64,000 nt of DNA. It comes from Minisyncoccota bacterium (GTDB lineage: Bacteria > Patescibacteriota > Minisyncoccia > Phycocordibacterales > UBA2100). The position numbers and the translations under genes are program-made. Location of the stretch: contig JALHPE010000001.1 in the NCBI GenBank assembly GCA_022842645.1, positions 329,462 through 393,461 on the forward strand. The letters are read 5' to 3'. The stretch's first letter is position 1, and every line of letters starts with the position of its first letter. Shown here piece by piece: positions 39,382-48,236 of the stretch. Under the pieces are notes generated by a model. It saw only the letters and a list, made by a program, of their open reading frames with translations. It was not told where the DNA came from and did no database searches.

Positions 39382-39500
39382 CAAAAATTCAAAACCGAGG
39401 CATGCCTCGGTTTTGTTTATTTTTGCAGCGGGAGAGGACTCAGACTGCGAGCCGGGGTTGCACACACGTTTATCCGACGGGATCAAAATTATGTGTGACC
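39382..39500 (+). repeat. tRNA-3'-associated structured element, copy 4 (internally deleted)
   Basis: Anti-tRNA GCGGGAGAGGACTC (39428-39441), then GCGAGCCGGGGTTGC...GACG loop...GTGTGACC. Confidence 0.7.
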
Positions 39501-39537
39501 ACCAATGACCTTTCCCAAACCGCGCTATCATATCCCC

Positions 39538-40641
39538 ATGCGCCGGTACTTGGGGAAGTTACCGAAATCAACGGAAGAGCTCTTGCATTGGTATGAGCGG
39601 TATATTTCGCCGCTTACACTTATTATCGCGTTTACAATCGATACATTCGCGTTTCGGAGTATTGATCTACGGTGGAGCAGTATTCTTCTCCTCATATATC
39701 TTTCGATAGTCGCGACGGCGATCGTGCTCTATCACCTCATTCAGTCAGGGAGACTGCGAGGAAAATTTTTCCTCACCATACTGCCGTTTGTGCCGGTTGC
39801 GATGCAATTCGGTTTTGGCGGACTCTTTAGCGCGTTTGTGATTCTCTACAGCCAGAGCGCGGCGTACGCCGCAAGTTGGATTTTCGTCGTGGGACTTGCA
39901 CTCCTGCTTATTGGAAACGAGCGTTTCCGTAGGCTTTACACCGGCTTCGTATTTCAGGCGAGCATGTTTTTTGTCGTTCTCCTCTCGTTTCTCATTTTCT
40001 TTTTGCCGGTCGTGCTGGGGCGCATTGGACTCGAGATTTTTCTTGCGAGCGAACTTCTGGGGCTCATCGTTATGGGTGGGTTTGTATATATTTTTGCACT
40101 TCTGGTGCCCGCAGTTTTTCGCGCAGCGCGTTTTGAACTATTCCGTACCGTCGGATCCATTTTTCTTGTGTTTAACCTTTTGTATTTTACGAACGCCATC
40201 CCACCACTTCCGCTTGCTATCAAAGACGCGGGAGTCTATCACGGTGTAAAGAAAGTGGGTGAGGGCTATGTTTTAAAATCACAACCTCTCGAATGGTACC
40301 AGCGCTATTTGCGCTATAACACCGTTTTCTATAAAGCTCCGGGCGAGCGTGCTTATGTATTCACCTCTATTTTTGCGCCCACCAAGCTCGCAACGACTAT
40401 TACGCACGAATGGCAGTTCTATGACACTTTGCGCAAGGAGTGGCGCACGGTGAGTCGAGTGAGTTATCCGATACAGGGTGGGCGCGATGGAGGGTATCGC
40501 GGCTACACGGTACAGGACGCTCTCACGCCTGGTGACTGGCGGGTGAACGTGCGTATCGCAGACGGGCGCCTTGTCGGGCGTGTCGCGTTTGAGGTGCAAA
40601 ATGTACCGAGCCCGGTCGAGGCTGAGGAGGTGGTTCGCTAA
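39538..40641 (+). CDS. Multi-TM membrane protein with C-terminal DUF2914-like domain
   Basis: NAIPPLPL, FTSIFAP, GGRDGGYRGY, GDWRV. Confidence 0.75.
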   Translation: MRRYLGKLPKSTEELLHWYERYISPLTLIIAFTIDTFAFRSIDLRWSSILLLIYLSIVATAIVLYHLIQSGRLRGKFFLTILPFVPVAMQFGFGGLFSAFVILYSQSAAYAASWIFVVGLALLLIGNERFRRLYTGFVFQASMFFVVLLSFLIFFLPVVLGRIGLEIFLASELLGLIVMGGFVYIFALLVPAVFRAARFELFRTVGSIFLVFNLLYFTNAIPPLPLAIKDAGVYHGVKKVGEGYVLKSQPLEWYQRYLRYNTVFYKAPGERAYVFTSIFAPTKLATTITHEWQFYDTLRKEWRTVSRVSYPIQGGRDGGYRGYTVQDALTPGDWRVNVRIADGRLVGRVAFEVQNVPSPVEAEEVVR

Positions 40642-40702
40642 TCTTACGTTTTCTCTCATATCCACAAAACGGTCATTAGCCGCACGGTGTATAATTTAAG
40701 CC

Positions 40703-41191
40703 ATGGTGTACGTAGTATGTGGTCATTGTGGAGTAGATTTTCGTGCGAAGCCATCTCATATTGCCCTGGGGTACGCGAAATTTTGCTCGAGAAAGTGCAG
40801 TTTTGAGAACATGCGAAACGGGGAATGGGTTGAGTGTGATGGATGTGGAACGAAAGTATATCGGAGCTTAAAGTCCATTAACGCATCTAAAAGTCATAAG
40901 TATTTTTGTAGCAAGTCATGTCAGACAAAGTGGAGAAATAACGATTTCAGTGGTAAGCGGCATGCAAATTGGCAACACGGACGCGGCTCATATAGGAATA
41001 TTATGAAAAGAGCCGGTGTAGAAGCTGTGTGTGATTTATGTCGCATAACTGATGAGAGGGTGCTGATTGTTCATCACAAAGATCAGGATAGGAAAAATAA
41101 TAGTATTAAAAATCTCGCGTGGCTTTGTCGGAATTGTCACTATCTTGCGCATCAATACGCGATTGGACGGGACCGGGGTCTGATTGTATAG
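40703..41191 (+). CDS. HNH endonuclease with N-terminal Zn-ribbon repeats
   Basis: Two CxxC...FCSxxC modules; CDLC...VHHKD.DRKNN...NL.WLC.NCH...H. Confidence 0.85.
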   Translation: MVYVVCGHCGVDFRAKPSHIALGYAKFCSRKCSFENMRNGEWVECDGCGTKVYRSLKSINASKSHKYFCSKSCQTKWRNNDFSGKRHANWQHGRGSYRNIMKRAGVEAVCDLCRITDERVLIVHHKDQDRKNNSIKNLAWLCRNCHYLAHQYAIGRDRGLIV

Positions 41192-41201
41192 TCGTTTTGT
41201 T

Positions 41202-41275
41202 GGTGGACGTAGCTCAATTGGTAGAGCTCTGGTTTGTGGTACCAGCGGCTGTGGGTTCAAGTCCCATCGTTCACC
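41202..41275 (+). tRNA. tRNA-His(GTG)
   Basis: G-1, GTGGACG/CGTTCAC acceptor, CTGGT-TTGTGGT-ACCAG, C discriminator. Confidence 0.93.
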
Positions 41276-41369
41276 CAAGAAAAAGTTATGCACCCCATCC
41301 TCTTCACAGAGGGGTGGTGGGTGTAGACTGGAGTAAAGGTCGGCTTAGCTTTTAGGCACAATCGTGACT

Positions 41370-41573
41370 ATGGGCTCACTCAATACCATTACGTTCGTGC
41401 TTCTCATTGTGGGAGGTTTGAACTGGCTCCTCTTTGCCCTCACGGGCATGGATGTGGGCGGCATTCTCGGCGGCATGGATTCGATGATCGCAAAGATCGT
41501 CTACATCCTCGTCGGTCTCTCAGCCGTATACCAGCTATTCACTCACAACTGGGGTAGATCTGGCGGGATGTAA
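41370..41573 (+). CDS. DUF378 family small membrane protein
   Basis: LLIVGGLNWLL...IVYILVGLSAVY. Confidence 0.85.
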   Translation: MGSLNTITFVLLIVGGLNWLLFALTGMDVGGILGGMDSMIAKIVYILVGLSAVYQLFTHNWGRSGGM

Positions 41574-41584
41574 TCGCGTTTTTA

Positions 41585-41614
41585 CACAGGCGGCTCCCTG
41601 AGGAGCCGCCTGTG
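41585..41614. terminator. Strong hairpin after DUF378 gene
   Basis: CACAGGCGGCTCC-CTGA-GGAGCCGCCTGTG. Confidence 0.6.
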
Positions 41615-41699
41615 AGGTGTCTGTAAGCCAATCAGCACTCAGTCGTCTACTCGTGCAACGTGCTATTATTAACAGGGCTATAAGCATTTTTTATATTGT

Positions 41700-42530
41700 A
41701 TGGACGAATCAGTACAAAAGCGCGAACTTCACATTGTTCCGCCGGAGATTATTGTTAAAGCTGCCGCAGCAGCACTCGCTGTTTTGGCACTCTTTTTGTT
41801 GGTAGAGACGGTCAAAGCATTTAAAGAGTATCGTTTTGTAGGCAGTGGCGTAACCGCAACGAATACAATTACCGTGAGCGGTATGGGAGAGGTATTTGCG
41901 GTGCCTGATCGTGCCACTTTCACCGTTACGGTACGTGAGGAAGCCGCCGATGTTGCCGGTGCGCAGGATAAGGCGACGGAAAAGGCAAATGCCATCATTA
42001 GCTATCTCAAGAGCTCTGGCGTTGAGGAGAAGGACATAAAAACCATTAACTACAACGTCAATCCAAAATACGAATGGGAGCAGAAGGCGTGTGTAGCTGG
42101 TACCTACTGCGAACCAGGAAACCAAGTACTTATTGGGTTTGAGGTGTGGCAAACCATTGAGGTAAAAGTGCAGGATCCGAAGAAGGCAGGAGATCTTCTC
42201 ACGGGCGTTGGTTCGCGCGGGGCGTCTGAAGTGAGCGGTCTTTCATTCACGATTGAGGATGAGGATGCGCTGAAGTCAGAGGCGCGCGAAATGGCCATCG
42301 AAGAAGCTGAAGAAAAAGCCGAAGCGCTTGCTAAACAACTGGGCGTCTCTCTTGTGCGCGTTGTGGGGTTCAACGAGGATTCCTATGGATATCCAATGCC
42401 GTATTACGCAAAGGGGGGTATGGCGATGGATGCGATGAATACCGAAGCGGTGCGCGCAGTTGCTCCGGAATTACCTGCCGGTGAGAACAAGATTACGTCG
42501 AACGTGAACGTGACCTACGAGATTAGGTAA
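41700..42530 (+). CDS. SIMPL/DUF541 (BP26/YggE) domain protein
   Basis: ITVSGMGEV.AVPD, A.EKAE.LA..LGV.L, GE.KITSNVNVTY. Confidence 0.9.
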   Translation: MDESVQKRELHIVPPEIIVKAAAAALAVLALFLLVETVKAFKEYRFVGSGVTATNTITVSGMGEVFAVPDRATFTVTVREEAADVAGAQDKATEKANAIISYLKSSGVEEKDIKTINYNVNPKYEWEQKACVAGTYCEPGNQVLIGFEVWQTIEVKVQDPKKAGDLLTGVGSRGASEVSGLSFTIEDEDALKSEAREMAIEEAEEKAEALAKQLGVSLVRVVGFNEDSYGYPMPYYAKGGMAMDAMNTEAVRAVAPELPAGENKITSNVNVTYEIR

Positions 42531-42535
42531 AGCAA

Positions 42536-42567
42536 AGAGCGGCGCGACCTTTGGTCGCGCCGCTCTT
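42536..42567. terminator. Hairpin terminator after SIMPL gene
   Basis: AAGAGCGGCGCGACC-TTT-GGTCGCGCCGCTCTT. Confidence 0.65.
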
Positions 42568-42594
42568 GACGATGCCCCTCGAAGGGTCTACAAT
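42566..42594 (+). promoter_or_regulatory. Sigma70 promoter of secE-nusG-rplK
   Basis: TTGACG-17 bp-TACAAT. Confidence 0.65.
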
Positions 42595-42640
42595 ACGTCC
42601 GTTAGTTAAGCCCCCGCAGGGGGTTTTAATTTAGGCAGAT

Positions 42641-42904
42641 ATGGGACTCATTCAATACATTAAAGATACACAGGGCGAATTGAACCATGTTGCATGGCCA
42701 ACGCGCGTGCAAACCATCATTTTCACCGTGCTTGTCATTATACTCTCCGCGTTTATCTCGCTCTATCTTGGCCTCTTTGACTACCTTTTCACGACTGGGC
42801 TCGGCGAAGTGGTTGAGCGTCTTCCACAAGCAGCTCAAGAAATCCCGTTCGATCAGAGTATTGAGATTTCAACGACGACCATCTCTACCACCACAGAGCA
42901 ATAG
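42641..42904 (+). CDS. secE: Preprotein translocase subunit SecE
   Basis: EL.HV.WPTR motif plus TM; precedes nusG. Confidence 0.92.
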   Translation: MGLIQYIKDTQGELNHVAWPTRVQTIIFTVLVIILSAFISLYLGLFDYLFTTGLGEVVERLPQAAQEIPFDQSIEISTTTISTTTEQ

Positions 42905-42946
42905 TTTTTATTTCACACCTCCCATTTCTCATATCTCACCTCTCTT

Positions 42947-43489
42947 ATGAAACAAACTTACGGCACCGACAGACAGTGGTACGCAGTGCACACCTATTCT
43001 GGATATGAAGATGCGGTTGCGCGCAATCTGAAGCAGCGCATCGAATCTTTTGGCATGACCGAAAAGATTTTTGATGTGGTCGTCCCTACAGAAAAAAAGA
43101 TCAAAATCAAAAACGGCAAAAAGACCGAAGTGAAAGAGAAAACATTCCCTGGCTACGTCTTGGTAGACATGATTGCGACAGACGAAGCGTGGTCAGTCGT
43201 GCGCAACACGCCACAGGTAACCGGCTTCGTTGGTACTGCAAACCAGGCAGTGCCGCTCTCTCCGGAGGAAGTCGAAAAAATCTTGAAGCGCACGGCAGGT
43301 GAGCAGGTTCGTCACGCCATCGATCTCTCTGAAGGTGATGCGGTCGCGATCATCGACGGTCCTTTCAAAGATTTGGAAGGAAAAGTGGGCGAGATTGACG
43401 AAGAGCGTGGAAAGGTTAAAGTGCTGGTTCCTATGTTCGGTCGCGAAACTCCGGTGGAGCTCGAAGCCGACCAGGTTCAGCGCATCTAA
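42947..43489 (+). CDS. nusG: Transcription termination/antitermination factor NusG
   Basis: [38 protein letters not shown]. Confidence 0.97.
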   Translation: MKQTYGTDRQWYAVHTYSGYEDAVARNLKQRIESFGMTEKIFDVVVPTEKKIKIKNGKKTEVKEKTFPGYVLVDMIATDEAWSVVRNTPQVTGFVGTANQAVPLSPEEVEKILKRTAGEQVRHAIDLSEGDAVAIIDGPFKDLEGKVGEIDEERGKVKVLVPMFGRETPVELEADQVQRI

Positions 43490-43496
43490 ATACTAT

Positions 43497-43919
43497 ATGG
43501 CAAAAGAAATCACCAAAATCATCAAATTGCAGATTCAGGCGGGCGCGGCAACGCCAGCTCCTCCTGTGGGTACCGCGCTTGGTCCTGCGGGCGTAAACAT
43601 TGGCGAGTTCGTCAATCAATTCAACACGTTGACCCGCCCTATGATGGGGAACGTCGTCCCGGTCGTGCTCACCGTCTACAAAGACCGCTCGTTTACCTTC
43701 ATCGTCAAAAAGCCACCAGCATCGCGTCTTGTTTTGAAGAAGCTTGGTATTGAGAAGGGTTCCCAGAAGGCGCAGAACAAAGTTGCAAAGCTTACGAAGC
43801 AGCAGCTTACTGAAATTGCAGAGGAGAAGATGGAAGACTTGAATGCGTACGACGTAGAGCGGGCGAAGAAGATTATTGCCGGCACCGCACGCTCGATGGG
43901 GATTGATTCGGAAATCTAA
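43497..43919 (+). CDS. rplK: 50S ribosomal protein L11
   Basis: [24 protein letters not shown]. Confidence 0.97.
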   Translation: MAKEITKIIKLQIQAGAATPAPPVGTALGPAGVNIGEFVNQFNTLTRPMMGNVVPVVLTVYKDRSFTFIVKKPPASRLVLKKLGIEKGSQKAQNKVAKLTKQQLTEIAEEKMEDLNAYDVERAKKIIAGTARSMGIDSEI

Positions 43920-43932
43920 AATTCATCACCCA

Positions 43933-43962
43933 AGAAAAAGGCTCCTTACGGAGCCTTTTTCT
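43933..43962 (+). terminator. Intrinsic terminator directly after rplK
   Basis: AGAAAAAGGCTCC-TTAC-GGAGCCTTTTTCT. Confidence 0.75.
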
Positions 43963-43989
43963 ATTGATGAAGCCGTGTACAATTCGCAC

Positions 43990-45657
43990 ATGCAGCAAAT
44001 TAAGGACGCCCTTGCCGAGGCTCTCAAGAAAGAGGGTATCTCCGGCATGGAAATTCCGCTTGAACACACGGCCGATTTTGGGCATGGCGATTATGCGTCG
44101 AGCGTTGCTTTGGTATATGCAAAACAATTAAACGTCAGTCCTCGTGAATTAGCGAAACGAATCTACCTCTCACTTCCCGAGCTCGAGAGCGTTTCCCAAA
44201 CGGATATTGCGGGACCGGGGTTTATCAATTTCACACTTTCTCCCAAATATCTCCATGCGTTTCTCGAAGAGGGGCGCAGGCACGGCTCACAATGGGGGAG
44301 TGGTGTTGTGCTTGAGGGCGAAGAAATCTTACTTGAATACACGAGCCCGAATCTTTTCAAGCCGCTCCACATCGGAAATCTTGTGGGGAACGTGATTGGC
44401 GAAAGTATCTCGCGGCTTTTTGAATTTGCGGGGGCAGATGTGCGTCGCATCAACTATCCCTCTGACATCGGACTCACCGTCGCAAAAGGCGTGTGGGGAC
44501 TCCAGAAAACAAGAGGCGACCCGAAAGATATTCGCGATCTTGGTGAGGCATATCGCGTGGGAAGTTCTGCGTATGAAGACGATTCTCTAGCAAAGGACGA
44601 CATTGATGCGATAAACAAAAAGCTTTATGAAGGTTCGGATGAAGAGCTTAATAAGATTCGCGAGGCGGGGAAGAAAACGTCGAAAAAACATCTTGATGAG
44701 CTTTGTCGCATGCTCGGCACAAAATTTGATGCAGAGATTTTTGAGAGCGAAGCGGGTCCCATTGGAAAAAAACTCGTAGAGGAACATCTGGGAGATGTGT
44801 TTGAAAAAAGTGATGGTGCGGTGGTTTTTCTTGGCGAAAAATATAGGCTTCACACTCGCGTCTTTTTGAACTCGATGGGACTTCCGACCTACGAGGCGAA
44901 AGATCTTGGGAACTTCGCCTTGAAGCACAAGGCGTATCCAGACTTCAAGCGCTCATATGTGGTGACAGGTGTGGAACAACAAGAGTATTTCAAAGTTATC
45001 ATTCAAGCGATAAAAAAAGTGTTTCCAGAGGAGGCACCAAAGGAATTGGGACATATTGCGACGGGATTCCTCTCGCTCACGACCGGCAAGATGTCATCTC
45101 GCAAGGGAAACGTGCTCACCGGGGAGGAGCTCCTCGACGACCTCCAGGCGGAAGCCAAGGTGCGTGCCGCGGAGAGTCGCTCGGAAGATGTGGATGCGCT
45201 TGCAGAAGATATTGCCGTTGCCGCACTCAAGTTCCAGATTTTGAAAGGTGGCGCGAGTAAAAACATCGTCTTTGACCGCGAGCGCGCACTCTCGCTTGAA
45301 GGGGATTCGGGACCATATCTCCAGTACACGCATGCGCGTACGCATGCCATCCTGGAAAAGGCAAAAGAGGCGGGTGTGCATGCTAAGCTCGACGAGCACG
45401 CTCCCGCAAGCGAGCTTGCGCGGCTCATCTTCCGCTTCTACGAGACCGTCCGGCGCTCACAAGAAGAACTGGAGCCGCACCACGTCGCAAACTACCTAAT
45501 ACAAGTCGCCGCGGCGTTTAACAGCTGGTACGCGCAGGAGCATATCCTCGACGGCACCGATACAGTCGCCCACAAAGTCGCTCTCACCGACATCACGCGT
45601 CTTACGCTCAAAAATGGACTCTGGCTCCTCGGTATTCCTGCGCCCGAGAAAGTGTAG
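43990..45657 (+). CDS. argS: Arginine--tRNA ligase
   Basis: GDYAS, AGPGFIN, EYTSPN..KPLHIGN, KMSSRKG, GPYLQYTHAR. Confidence 0.96.
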   Translation: MQQIKDALAEALKKEGISGMEIPLEHTADFGHGDYASSVALVYAKQLNVSPRELAKRIYLSLPELESVSQTDIAGPGFINFTLSPKYLHAFLEEGRRHGSQWGSGVVLEGEEILLEYTSPNLFKPLHIGNLVGNVIGESISRLFEFAGADVRRINYPSDIGLTVAKGVWGLQKTRGDPKDIRDLGEAYRVGSSAYEDDSLAKDDIDAINKKLYEGSDEELNKIREAGKKTSKKHLDELCRMLGTKFDAEIFESEAGPIGKKLVEEHLGDVFEKSDGAVVFLGEKYRLHTRVFLNSMGLPTYEAKDLGNFALKHKAYPDFKRSYVVTGVEQQEYFKVIIQAIKKVFPEEAPKELGHIATGFLSLTTGKMSSRKGNVLTGEELLDDLQAEAKVRAAESRSEDVDALAEDIAVAALKFQILKGGASKNIVFDRERALSLEGDSGPYLQYTHARTHAILEKAKEAGVHAKLDEHAPASELARLIFRFYETVRRSQEELEPHHVANYLIQVAAAFNSWYAQEHILDGTDTVAHKVALTDITRLTLKNGLWLLGIPAPEKV

Positions 45658-45660
45658 ATT

Positions 45661-46599
45661 ATGGCAAATCAGGCAGAAATTGAAGATCATTACGACACCA
45701 TCGGCACGTTGCACGCACTCCGCCTCAAAGATGTTCATGACGGTTTTCCTGATTATACGTGTGCATTCTTTGATGGTGATTTTACAAAGACCCTGAAGCA
45801 GGCTCAAGAAAATAAACACGAGTGGATTTTTAATGGACTCGGACTCGGGCAGGATCTCAAGGGGAAACGAATTCTTGATATTGGTTGTGGGTGGGGTCCT
45901 ATACTTAATGCCGTGAGAAAACGGGGAGGAGAGGCGGTAGGTCTTACGCTTTCCCCCGGACAAGTTGCATATTGTGTCGAACAGGGGCTTGATGTGCGTC
46001 TGCTTGATTACAAAGCAATTCAAAAGGGCGAGCTCGGGGAATTTGATGCTGTTATATCGATCGGCGCTTTCGAACATTTTTGTTCCCCCGAAGAATGTAT
46101 GCGCGGAGAACGGGAGTCAATATATACACGTTTTTTTGAGTGTTGTTCCGAATTGCTAAAGTGCAAGAGTCGATTATATCTACAGACTATGACGTGGGGT
46201 AAAGCTGATCCGGACTATACGAAACTGTCTTTAAATGCACCACCTAATTCCCAAGAAGCAATCCTTGCACGCCTTGTGAAGTTTTATCCAGGCTCGTGGT
46301 TGCCATCGGGACTTTCTCAAATTAAGGAAACATCAAAAACCAACTTTGACTTTATTAGTTCGAGCAATGGACGCCTCGATTATATAGAGACACTCCAACG
46401 ATGGGGCGAATCGACAAGATATCTATTCAAACCATCAGTTTTCCCACAGGCGTTTGTTGCCGGGCTCCGTCTTCTTTTGAGCGCGGCGGTAGATCCTGAT
46501 ACCCGGGTGCAGCTCATCTCTATGTATTACGCTGATCAAACAGAGTGTTTTAAGCGAGAGATCATGAGTCATGAACGAATGTTCTTTCAAAAGAAGTAA
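45661..46599 (+). CDS. Cyclopropane-fatty-acyl-phospholipid synthase-like SAM methyltransferase
   Basis: I..HYD, YTCAFF, L..AQ..K, LDIGCGWG, GLTLS..Q, SIGAFEH, PG..LP. Confidence 0.82.
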   Translation: MANQAEIEDHYDTIGTLHALRLKDVHDGFPDYTCAFFDGDFTKTLKQAQENKHEWIFNGLGLGQDLKGKRILDIGCGWGPILNAVRKRGGEAVGLTLSPGQVAYCVEQGLDVRLLDYKAIQKGELGEFDAVISIGAFEHFCSPEECMRGERESIYTRFFECCSELLKCKSRLYLQTMTWGKADPDYTKLSLNAPPNSQEAILARLVKFYPGSWLPSGLSQIKETSKTNFDFISSSNGRLDYIETLQRWGESTRYLFKPSVFPQAFVAGLRLLLSAAVDPDTRVQLISMYYADQTECFKREIMSHERMFFQKK

Positions 46600-46623
46600 A
46601 TAGGAATTTGTTACACTGGCTCG

Positions 46624-48219
46624 ATGACCCAGGAAGAAGCGCTCTCAATTCTCAAACTTGGCGTGAATGTGTTTCTCACGGGAGAGCCCGGAAGCGGGAA
46701 GACACATACCATCAATCGCTATGTTGAGTGGCTTCGCGAGCGCGGGGTTGAGCCGGCAGTGACGGCTTCGACGGGGATTGCGGCGACACACGTGGGTGGG
46801 ATGACGATTCACTCGTGGAGCGGGATTGGGGTGAAGAAGCGTTTGAATGATTGGGACATTGAACAAATTGCCTCGCGCGAGAAGACGGCGCGGCGGATTA
46901 TTGAGGCGAAGGTTTTGATACTCGATGAGGTTTCTATGTTGGACGCGGAAACTTTGGAGAGTGTGGATCGCGTGCTCCGCACACTTCGTCAGCCGGTGTT
47001 GAGTGAGAGTCGTCCTTTTGGTGGGCTCCAGGTGGTGTTTGTGGGTGACTTTTTTCAACTTCCGCCGGTTTCCCGTGGTGAGCCATCTCGATTTGCGTTC
47101 GCCTCAGAGGCATGGAAAGAGGCGAACCCGGTTGTGTGCTATCTCTCAGAACAACATCGTCAGGATGATGGTGCGTTTCTCGATCTCTTGGGGGCAGTGC
47201 GACGTGGAGAAGTGCAAGAGCGGCATCATGAAATTTTGCGCGGGCGTATGAAGGGCGAGCGAAAAGTGAAAGCGACGAAACTTCAGACACATAACGCGAA
47301 AGCAGATGCCCTTAACGATGAGTCTCTCGCTAAGGTGGAGGGCAAATCTCATGTCTTTCATATGACGACGCGCGGCGCTCGTACGCTTGTGGAGGCCTTG
47401 AAGCAGAATTGTCTTTCACCCGAAACTCTGACTTTGAAAATCGGCGCGTCGGTTATGTTTACCCGCAACAACTTTGAGGAAGGATACGTGAACGGCACCT
47501 TGGGGGAGGTGGTTGATTTTGCGGTGAACGGCTCGCCTATTGTGAAGACGCGCGGAGGAATGCGCATCGAAGTGGGCTTAGGTGAGTGGAGCATTGTGGA
47601 CGGCGCGAAAATTTTGGCGCAGATAAAGCAAGTGCCCCTGCGTCTTGCGTGGGCGATTACGATTCATAAAAGCCAGGGTATGTCCTTGGACGCGGCGGTC
47701 ATTGATCTCTCGCATGCGTTCGAATTCGGGCAGGGGTATGTGGCGCTCTCGCGCGTGCGCACGCTTGAAGGGCTTTTTCTCGAAGGATTCAATGAGCGCG
47801 CGCTTCTGCTTCACCCGGAAGTGGCGCGGCAAGACGAGGTCTTTCGCGCAAAGTCCGAAGCGGCACGAAAGCGTATTGCGACGATTCCAGAAGGCGAGCG
47901 CGAGACTTTGGAGAAGAATTTTTTGCGCGCCATCGGCGCCCGCGAACCAAAAAAGATTGAAAAGAAGGAATTCGCTGAAGGCGTCAAAGGAGTCGGCGGC
48001 ACGGGCAAACTCGCGGCTATTCGCGAAAAATTCCCCAACGCTGGGCGTGCGTGGACAAAAGATGATGACGACCAGCTCACCGAGATGTTCGGGGCAGATA
48101 CGCCCATGAAAATAATGGCAAAAGAATTCGGTCGCAAAAGCGGGGCGATAACAGCCCGCCTCGCAAAGCTGGGGCTCATTGAGGATGACTATTGGGCGCG
48201 GAAGAATAAGCAAACTTAG
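46624..48219 (+). CDS. PIF1-family helicase with C-terminal helical domain
   Basis: TGEPGSGKT, TASTGIAA, TIHSW, DEVSM, GDFFQLPPV, AWAITIHKSQG, YVALSR. Confidence 0.92.
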   Translation: MTQEEALSILKLGVNVFLTGEPGSGKTHTINRYVEWLRERGVEPAVTASTGIAATHVGGMTIHSWSGIGVKKRLNDWDIEQIASREKTARRIIEAKVLILDEVSMLDAETLESVDRVLRTLRQPVLSESRPFGGLQVVFVGDFFQLPPVSRGEPSRFAFASEAWKEANPVVCYLSEQHRQDDGAFLDLLGAVRRGEVQERHHEILRGRMKGERKVKATKLQTHNAKADALNDESLAKVEGKSHVFHMTTRGARTLVEALKQNCLSPETLTLKIGASVMFTRNNFEEGYVNGTLGEVVDFAVNGSPIVKTRGGMRIEVGLGEWSIVDGAKILAQIKQVPLRLAWAITIHKSQGMSLDAAVIDLSHAFEFGQGYVALSRVRTLEGLFLEGFNERALLLHPEVARQDEVFRAKSEAARKRIATIPEGERETLEKNFLRAIGAREPKKIEKKEFAEGVKGVGGTGKLAAIREKFPNAGRAWTKDDDDQLTEMFGADTPMKIMAKEFGRKSGAITARLAKLGLIEDDYWARKNKQT

Positions 48220-48236
48220 TTTGCTATATTTTGTCT

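Noticed and set aside
40659-40667. Isolated DnaA-box-like ATATCCACA upstream of the HNH gene
   Set aside because: Single imperfect 9-mer, expected by chance
43299-43989. Long N-terminal extensions on rplK and argS (also virB4, ileS, glyQS, holA-like, rpsF)
   Set aside because: Artefacts of upstream GTG/TTG starts overlapping other genes or terminators; the downstream ATG fits family N-termini and -10 spacing
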